From a virus: a stretch of 64,000 bases of DNA. The notes beneath the pieces were generated by a model that ran no database searches, was not told the origin of the DNA, and worked only from the letters and a program-made list of their open reading frames with translations. The first letter of the stretch is position 1; every line of letters starts with the position of its first letter. The position numbers and the translations under genes are program-made. Location: positions 1 to 64,000 of IMG/VR virus record IMGVR_UViG_3300031972_002122. The stretch is one strand, 5' to 3'. Below are positions 57,384 to 64,000 of the stretch, one piece after another.

Positions 57384-59237
57384 ATGAACGTTGGTCAAGA
57401 AATACTATCCGACATCACGGTACACATGAAATATGCTAGGTACGTACCAGAACTGAATAGACGAGAAAACTGGTCTGAACTTATAGATCGAAATGTTGCT
57501 ATGCATAAAGAACGATACCCAAAATTGGTGGACGAGATCGATTCCGCTTACAAATTTGTGAGGGATAAGAAAATTTTACCATCAATGCGTAGTCTTCAAT
57601 TTGCTGGAAAACCCATTGAGATAAGTCCTAATCGTGTTTACAATTGTGCTTATCTACCAATAGACGATTGGCGAGCATTTTCTGAGGTTATGTTTCTATT
57701 ACTCGGTGGGACTGGTGTTGGGTATAGTGTTCAGCAACATCATGTTGACGAATTGCCAGATATTCTTAGACCTAGGGAGGACAGAACTCGGCGATACCTA
57801 ATAGGTGATTCTATTGAAGGATGGGCAGATGCTATTAAGGTTTTGATGAAATCGTATTTTTATGGTGGGTCGAGGTTGAAGTTTGACTTTAGTGATATCC
57901 GACCGAAGGGTGCTAGATTGGTTACTAGTGGTGGTAAAGCACCCGGACCACAACCTCTACGAGAATGCTTAGTAAAAGTCGAGGGGATTTTAAGTTCAAA
58001 ACAAACTGGAGACCGATTAACACCCATCGAGGTTCATGACGTGGTTTGTCATATAGCTGATGCAGTTCTAGCTGGTGGTATTCGGAGAGCTGCATTGATA
58101 TCATTATTTAGTGCGACTGATGAAGAAATGCTTGCAGCTAAGTCTGGGAACTGGTGGGAATTGAATCCACAGCGTGGTAGAGCAAACAACTCCGCAGTAC
58201 TTCTTCGGTATAAAGTTGATAAGGATTTCTTTTTAGAATTGTGGGAGAAGATACAAGCATCGGGTGCTGGTGAGCCGGGCATTTATTTTTCGAATGATAA
58301 AGACTGGGGAACGAATCCATGCTGTGAGATCGCATTACGACCATTTCAATTTTGTAATTTGACTGAAGTTAACGTTAGCGACGTTGAAAGTCAGGAAGAG
58401 TTGAATGCTAGAGTTAGTGCCGCGTCACTGATCGGGACATTACAAGCTGGCTATACAGATTTCCACTATCTCCGACCAGTATGGCGACGTGTTACTGAGA
58501 AGGACGCGTTGGTAGGTGTTAGTATGACTGGAATTGGGTCAAATAAGTTGGTGGAATTAGACTTGAAAGAAGCTGCTAAGATAGTTAAAGACGAAAATAA
58601 ACGAGTCGCATCTCTTATTGGAATAAATACTGCAGCTCGATGTACAACTGTAAAGCCTGCGGGTACTACATCGTTGGTGTTGGGATGTTCGTCGGGTATC
58701 CATGCTTGGCACGATGAATATTATATAAGAAGAATTCGTGTTGGTAAAAATGAAGCAATCTATACATACTTATTAGAGAACCACCCAGAACTTGTTGAGG
58801 ATGAATACTTTAGACCTCATGATACTGCGGTAATATCAGTACCTCAGAAATCTCCAATCGGGTCGATACTTAGGAGTGAATCTCCAATCCAATTGTTGGA
58901 GAGGGTTAAGCGTGTATACGGCGAGTGGGTTAAACCGGGTCATCGACGTGGGAATAACACACACAATATATCCGCGACTGTTAGTATCCGTGAACATGAA
59001 TGGGCTGCGGTAGGTGAGTGGATGTGGGAGAATAGACTGTCTTACAACGGACTTTCAGTACTGCCATACAACGGTGGGACTTACACACAAGCACCATTTG
59101 AGACGTGTGATCAAGAAACGTATGAAACCATGATGCAAACTTTACAAGAAGTGGATTTAAACAATATCATCGAATACGATGACAATACAGACCTTAAGGG
59201 TGAAGTCGCTTGTGCTGGTGGAGCCTGTGAAATTTAA
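57384..59237 (+). CDS. nrdJ: Class II (adenosylcobalamin-dependent) ribonucleotide reductase
   Basis: PSMR.LQFAG, YNC, GGTGVG, GGIRRAA.I, TNPCCEI, FCNLTE, TTVKPAGT.S, C-terminal CAGGAC; ATG at 57384 with AAGGAG. Confidence 0.93.
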   Translation: MNVGQEILSDITVHMKYARYVPELNRRENWSELIDRNVAMHKERYPKLVDEIDSAYKFVRDKKILPSMRSLQFAGKPIEISPNRVYNCAYLPIDDWRAFSEVMFLLLGGTGVGYSVQQHHVDELPDILRPREDRTRRYLIGDSIEGWADAIKVLMKSYFYGGSRLKFDFSDIRPKGARLVTSGGKAPGPQPLRECLVKVEGILSSKQTGDRLTPIEVHDVVCHIADAVLAGGIRRAALISLFSATDEEMLAAKSGNWWELNPQRGRANNSAVLLRYKVDKDFFLELWEKIQASGAGEPGIYFSNDKDWGTNPCCEIALRPFQFCNLTEVNVSDVESQEELNARVSAASLIGTLQAGYTDFHYLRPVWRRVTEKDALVGVSMTGIGSNKLVELDLKEAAKIVKDENKRVASLIGINTAARCTTVKPAGTTSLVLGCSSGIHAWHDEYYIRRIRVGKNEAIYTYLLENHPELVEDEYFRPHDTAVISVPQKSPIGSILRSESPIQLLERVKRVYGEWVKPGHRRGNNTHNISATVSIREHEWAAVGEWMWENRLSYNGLSVLPYNGGTYTQAPFETCDQETYETMMQTLQEVDLNNIIEYDDNTDLKGEVACAGGACEI

Positions 59238-59251
59238 TAAAATTAAGAATT

Positions 59252-59641
59252 ATGAATAGTTACAATGTAAAAGTCAATTCAGACACAACGATCAATTTGG
59301 AGTACAACTCTGGTTTAATCTCTTTAGGGATGAAGGAACCAGATAGTGCTCCAAATTATCATCGGGTAAATTTTAAAATAGTATTTTCTGGAACTGAATA
59401 TAATATCGCAGAAGACGTTAAGAGTCTAGATTTAGAATCTTGGATACCTGCCGCATTTGATAATACTCTTATTATAGATTCGACTGATAAGGAATCGATT
59501 CTAGGTGTGCGTGTAATTGTCGCTGAACGTAGAACACTCGTTTATGTTGGTAAGCTTTTGATGAGTATGTTGCAGGCTAAGCTGGACGTAGTGGGTAATG
59601 CGACTACTATCGACAGTGTGACGTTTGTTGAATTAAATTAA
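59252..59641 (+). CDS. Degenerate QueD/6-PTPS-like (T-fold) protein
   Basis: NYHRVNFKI, FDNTLIID..D, RT..YVG..L, IDSVTFVE parallel QueD HGH.Y, FDH..L, PTAE, V.SV.V.E, but metal ligands appear lost. Confidence 0.35.
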   Translation: MNSYNVKVNSDTTINLEYNSGLISLGMKEPDSAPNYHRVNFKIVFSGTEYNIAEDVKSLDLESWIPAAFDNTLIIDSTDKESILGVRVIVAERRTLVYVGKLLMSMLQAKLDVVGNATTIDSVTFVELN

Positions 59642-59648
59642 AGGAATT

Positions 59649-61256
59649 ATGGGTAAGTTTAAAAAGTTATCAGATGAAGATATTGAATATATCAAAGCCA
59701 TCTATTTTACTAATATATCACATCAGGAAAAGTTAGATATACTAACTGCTAAACACGGTGTTGTTGGTCGGACAGTTCGTCAATGGTGGATTAAATTAGA
59801 ACTGACTGAGGCTGGTCGTATTAGAAAACTGCCAAAGGTTTTACGTGATGCTCGGGAGAAAGAGATTGATGTTGAAACTGAAATCATTATGGTTACTGCA
59901 GCTCAAAATAAGACTATCGCTAACAGACCTATGTATGAAAATATGCAGGCTTATGGAAAGTTTATGGAGAGTGAATTTGGGAAGAAATCTCAAATCGTAA
60001 TAATACCATCTAGGTATAGAAATCCAACATCTCCAGTGGAAGCTGAAAAGAAGAAGGTAGATATGTGGTGGGACTCTTCAGTTGTACCTGATATATACTA
60101 TAATAAGCTTTTATTTGGTGACGTGATGATATCAGCCACTAGTAGGATCAGACCTACTGCTAACATGCCACTTAGTGGTTATGAAAGTTTAGCTTCAGAT
60201 AATCATTTAATAATTGGACACCCACGTTTACATTTAAAGGTTATGCCTAGATTTCGGAATGACGATCTACGTATAATGTGTACTAGTGGCTACGTCACTC
60301 GAAAAAATTATTCGGATTCTAAGGCTGGTGATAAAGGATTTGTACACCATTCATATGGTTTTGTTGTAATTGAGAAAAAACCTGATGGTACATGTTACCC
60401 ACCACGTATTGTTAAAGTTAAAGACGACGGATCATTTATAGACTACAAATACAGTGTTAGTGATGGTGATGTGGCTGTTATTGACGAGGCGGCTGCTTAT
60501 GTTTGGGGTGATATTCACCACCGAGAACTCAATAAGCATAAATACAAGGCTTCCATGAAATTAACTAAGGAGTTAAATCCTGAAAAGACTGTATTTCATG
60601 ATCTTTTTGATGGGTCGACGGTGAATCCTCACGAAAAGGATGATTTGTTCATTCGGAAGCTCAAAATTACTCAAGGGCTACATATAGTTGATGAAGAGGT
60701 GGAGGAAAGTCTTAAATTTCTGAAGAAATTCTCTAAGAAATACAAGGGAGACATATACGTGGTTCAAAGTAACCACGACGACTTCCTAGATAGGTATATT
60801 AATAAGCAAAACTGGAAAAATGATCTACATAACTCAGGGGCTTATCTTAAATATGCAGCTATACAACAGTCAACTGATCTTAGGGAATATGGAAACATTT
60901 ACGGAGCCATTATTTCTGAAAGATTCAAGGGTAAAATAGTATATGTGCGTAATAACGAGTCACTTAAAGTGCAATCGTACCAGTGTGGGTATCACGGTGA
61001 TCACGGTGTAAATGGTGCGCGGGGAAGTATAACTTCATTTAAGCGACTAAACACTAAAATGATTCATGGTCATGGTCACACACCAATTATGATGGATGGG
61101 GTTACTATGGTCGGTGTTTCGTGTAACCTTTGGCAGTATTACAATTCTAAGGGGCTGTCTAGTTGGGCGTATGCTGATTCTATAATTCATAAGAACGGTA
61201 AAAACCAATTAATAATATTTGATGATAAAACTTTTGAGTTTACAAATTTGAGGTAA
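59649..61256 (+). CDS. Large metallophosphoesterase-fold protein with N-terminal HTH (T5 A1-like)
   Basis: VTAAQN, GHP, WGDIH, HDLFDG, SNHD, HGD.G.NGARGS, GHGH.P. Confidence 0.65.
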   Translation: MGKFKKLSDEDIEYIKAIYFTNISHQEKLDILTAKHGVVGRTVRQWWIKLELTEAGRIRKLPKVLRDAREKEIDVETEIIMVTAAQNKTIANRPMYENMQAYGKFMESEFGKKSQIVIIPSRYRNPTSPVEAEKKKVDMWWDSSVVPDIYYNKLLFGDVMISATSRIRPTANMPLSGYESLASDNHLIIGHPRLHLKVMPRFRNDDLRIMCTSGYVTRKNYSDSKAGDKGFVHHSYGFVVIEKKPDGTCYPPRIVKVKDDGSFIDYKYSVSDGDVAVIDEAAAYVWGDIHHRELNKHKYKASMKLTKELNPEKTVFHDLFDGSTVNPHEKDDLFIRKLKITQGLHIVDEEVEESLKFLKKFSKKYKGDIYVVQSNHDDFLDRYINKQNWKNDLHNSGAYLKYAAIQQSTDLREYGNIYGAIISERFKGKIVYVRNNESLKVQSYQCGYHGDHGVNGARGSITSFKRLNTKMIHGHGHTPIMMDGVTMVGVSCNLWQYYNSKGLSSWAYADSIIHKNGKNQLIIFDDKTFEFTNLR

Positions 61257-63793
61257 TGTTTCAGAACATATATTATGATAGATTTAATGAAGAAATACAT
61301 CTGTGGGATGACGAGTTGGGATATAACCGATTCCCATATAAAAAGTATGCATATCTAGTCGACCCAGACGGTAAGTATAAAACCATGGACGGGAAGAATG
61401 TTCGCAAAGTTACTTCGTGGAGTAAGGATGCTGAAACTCTTGGTATGGTTTATGAGGGGGATGTGAAGCCAGAGATGCGAACGCTTATCGACCTATATGG
61501 TGAGAGTGATGAAATATCTACAAATCACTGTGTGTTCTTTTTTGATATTGAGGTTGCCAAGGAGGGGAAGTGGAGCACTCCAGATGAGGCTAAAAATACA
61601 ATCACGTCAATTTCCTACTACGATTCTATTAGTAAACGATATACTTGTCTAATCTTGGACAGGTTGGATAGAATCAAGGACGGGGTAATTGCTGGTAGTG
61701 AAGTGAAGCGATTCAGTACCGAACGGGAAATGTTACTATACTTCATTGAGGTTTGGAATTCGCTACCCATTAGTATCGTGACTGGGTGGAATGTTTTGTG
61801 GTACGATTTAGTGTACCTATATAACCGTATTGAGCGTATAATCGGCAAAGGTCAGGGTAAATGGTTGAGTCCAATTAAACGGGTTGACTATTACACTACT
61901 AGACGTGGTGATAAAGTATTTAAAATCGGTGGAATTAGTATTCTTGATTATATGCAGTTATATAAAGAGTTTACATACACTGAGCAATCTAGTTATGCGC
62001 TAGATGCCATATCTAAATACGAACTTGGAAGGGGTAAAGTAGATTATGAGAAGGATTTAGATCACTTGTTTGAGACTGATCCTGTAAAGTTCATCGAATA
62101 TAACGTTGAAGACGTTAGACTGATCGTCGACTTAGATGATAAGTTAGATTTTATAGCAATAGCGATGGGTACATGTCATAAAGGACACGTCCCATATGAA
62201 GACGTTTTCTTCACATCGAGGTATATGGAAGGTGCGTGTCTTACCGAAACTAAGAAGCGTGGGATCATCGCTACGAGGAGTAATCGGGATAGTGGGGGTA
62301 AGGCTAAGGGGGCATTCGTTAAGTCCAGTAGACCCGGACGATATGAGTGGGTATATGACCTTGATTTAACCTCACTATACCCATCAAATATTATGTCATT
62401 AAATATTTCACCCGAGACTAAAGTTGCTAAGATAATAGACTGGAGCTCGGAAGACTATTTACAAGATGTTGATCGAGATTTCACGATGGAACATTTCTTG
62501 CCTGATGGGGAATCTCAAATGGCTAATATTCCACTTAAAAAAATACGTAAATTTTTAGAAGATACTGGTTACAGTATTGCTGCTAATGGTGTCATATACC
62601 AGACCAAAACTCAGGGATTGATTCCAAGTCTTTTAGATATGTGGTTCGGGGAGCGGAAAGCATATAGGAAACTTGCTAGTGAAGCGCATGAGCGGGGGGA
62701 CATGGAAACGTATGGATATTACAACCGTAAGCAGAAGATTCAAAAAGTATTACTGAACTCACTGTATGGAGTTTTACTACTGCCTGTATTCAGGTTTTAC
62801 GATAAAGATAATGGTGAAGCGGTTACATTGACTGGTCAGCAGTTGATTCACTTCACAACTAAAATGGCTAATCATTTTTATAATAAGGAGTTAGGGACTG
62901 ACGGTATCGATTACTGTTTATATACAGATACCGATTCGGTTTTTTACGAATCCATGCCGATAATTAATCATCGTTATGGTAAGGTAGATGAAGCCGACAT
63001 CCCAGAGCTATCAATTCAAGTAGCAACTGAAGTTCAGAATTTTATCAATAAAGCGTATGATGTGTACGCTGAAAAGTTTCACAACATAACTGAACATCGG
63101 TGGGATATTAAGCAGGAGCTAATAGCTAGGAGGGCGTTCTGGGGTGCTGCGAAGAAGCGGTATGCCATGTGGATTGTTCGTGAGGGTAACGAGGTGAAGG
63201 ATGAGGCTGATATTAAAGGATTTGACTCGGTTAGAAGTAGTTTCCCAAAACTATTTAGATCGTTCATGGAAGAACTTATTATTGACATTTTGCATGATGG
63301 AGACCCAGCGTCGTTAAATAGTAAAATAATTCAATTTAAGCGTCAACTATTTGATTATGATGTCATGGATATAATGAATCCAACTTCGGTGAAAGACATT
63401 GACAAGTGGCGACCTATGAAGAAGGGTATTGATGGGGGTGACGTTGTGGATAAGGGAGTGCGGTTTATGAAATCTACACCGATACATGTAAAATCTGCAA
63501 TGAATTATAATCGACTCATGGAGGCGTTGGGAATAAATTCGGCACCTAATGTTGAGAATGGTGATAAGATATTATGGACATATTTAAAAGATAATCCGTA
63601 CGATTTCAACACAATTTCGCTGATGGGTTATGATGATCCAGAAAAAATTGTTACATTTGTCAACAAGTATATAAATCGGGATAAACTTTTTGATAAGGCA
63701 CTCGGTGGAAAACTTCAATCTATTTGGGATGATTTGGGATGGGGTAGAATTGTGATGAATCCTAATGTATCTAAATTTTTTATATTCGATTAG
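61256..63793 (+). CDS. Family B DNA polymerase (gp43-like)
   Basis: Exo FFDIE, GWN..YD, YN.ED; pol DLTSLYPS, K.LLNSLYG, YTDTDS, KKRY. Confidence 0.97.
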   Translation: MFQNIYYDRFNEEIHLWDDELGYNRFPYKKYAYLVDPDGKYKTMDGKNVRKVTSWSKDAETLGMVYEGDVKPEMRTLIDLYGESDEISTNHCVFFFDIEVAKEGKWSTPDEAKNTITSISYYDSISKRYTCLILDRLDRIKDGVIAGSEVKRFSTEREMLLYFIEVWNSLPISIVTGWNVLWYDLVYLYNRIERIIGKGQGKWLSPIKRVDYYTTRRGDKVFKIGGISILDYMQLYKEFTYTEQSSYALDAISKYELGRGKVDYEKDLDHLFETDPVKFIEYNVEDVRLIVDLDDKLDFIAIAMGTCHKGHVPYEDVFFTSRYMEGACLTETKKRGIIATRSNRDSGGKAKGAFVKSSRPGRYEWVYDLDLTSLYPSNIMSLNISPETKVAKIIDWSSEDYLQDVDRDFTMEHFLPDGESQMANIPLKKIRKFLEDTGYSIAANGVIYQTKTQGLIPSLLDMWFGERKAYRKLASEAHERGDMETYGYYNRKQKIQKVLLNSLYGVLLLPVFRFYDKDNGEAVTLTGQQLIHFTTKMANHFYNKELGTDGIDYCLYTDTDSVFYESMPIINHRYGKVDEADIPELSIQVATEVQNFINKAYDVYAEKFHNITEHRWDIKQELIARRAFWGAAKKRYAMWIVREGNEVKDEADIKGFDSVRSSFPKLFRSFMEELIIDILHDGDPASLNSKIIQFKRQLFDYDVMDIMNPTSVKDIDKWRPMKKGIDGGDVVDKGVRFMKSTPIHVKSAMNYNRLMEALGINSAPNVENGDKILWTYLKDNPYDFNTISLMGYDDPEKIVTFVNKYINRDKLFDKALGGKLQSIWDDLGWGRIVMNPNVSKFFIFD

Positions 63794-63794
63794 T

Positions 63795-64000
63795 ATGGAT
63801 AAAGTGTTATTGCATCGGGTTATAGGTTCTGGTTTTATACGTGGTATTTGCGATCGTGCGGTTTTATTTTTTGATGGTCGTAATCTATGTTGTGAGTTTA
63901 TTTCTGAGAATAAAATATTAACTGGACGTGTTGTGTCTGTTAAATTTAACGACGGTAATAACTTTATAGGAGAGCATAAAATAGGTCTACCGAGTATTGA
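63795..64000 (+). CDS. Partial ORF, possibly sliding clamp (gp45-like), truncated by the window end
   Basis: ATG at 63795 open to the end (MDKVLLHRVIGSGFIRG...); position after PolB; beta-rich. Confidence 0.4.
   Translation, partial: MDKVLLHRVIGSGFIRGICDRAVLFFDGRNLCCEFISENKILTGRVVSVKFNDGNNFIGEHKIGLPSI

Noticed and set aside
2013-63288. Numerous short minus-strand and alternate-frame ORFs in the track
   Set aside because: Nearly all overlap well-supported + strand genes and lack motifs or expression signals; only the +1 frame at 42854-43063 was kept
1-64000. Stop-codon reassignment (alternative genetic code)
   Set aside because: Core genes are full length in the standard code, and TAA, TGA and TAG all end genes at sensible positions
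1-64000. tRNA/rRNA genes, introns and inteins
   Set aside because: Intergenic gaps are short with no cloverleaf seen; terminase, helicase, RNR and PolB are uninterrupted and of normal size; both endonucleases lie between genes

Overview
This window is a 64-kb segment of a large, AT-rich, T4-like (myovirus) bacteriophage genome with essentially all genes on the + strand. Order: a LamG virion protein, an HNH endonuclease, two ADP-ribosyltransferase-like proteins with an identical N-terminal tag, a RuvC-like resolvase, primase and a fused Mre11-Rad50. Then comes the head cluster (terminase, portal, prohead protease, many acidic accessory proteins, ribosomal protein bS21, scaffold, major capsid), a small phosphoesterase/PhoH insert, tail fibres, neck, sheath, three tail-tube paralogues, a frameshifted gp26/gp51-like pair, tape measure and baseplate. 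It ends with a replication block (reduced PolA-like protein, SSB, UvsX, 5'-3' exonuclease, helicase, class II RNR, degenerate QueD-like protein, A1-like phosphoesterase, PolB, start of a probable clamp). TAnnTTTG-type promoters, a signal peptide ending AQ and the bS21 gene point to a Bacteroidota host (inference). The most interesting candidate system is a set of head-cargo proteins: short N-terminal tags and linkers ending in (L/I/V)-x-E, the prohead-protease site, joined to swappable effector domains (ART-like, GNAT-like, SWIM-like). Other highlights are bS21 with SD-led late versus apparently leaderless early genes, a recurring ATAYTTATW promoter motif, a +1 frameshift, CCWGG avoidance and a virion-specific [ST]-[GAS]-S motif. 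All calls come from reading motifs by eye; no database searches were run.
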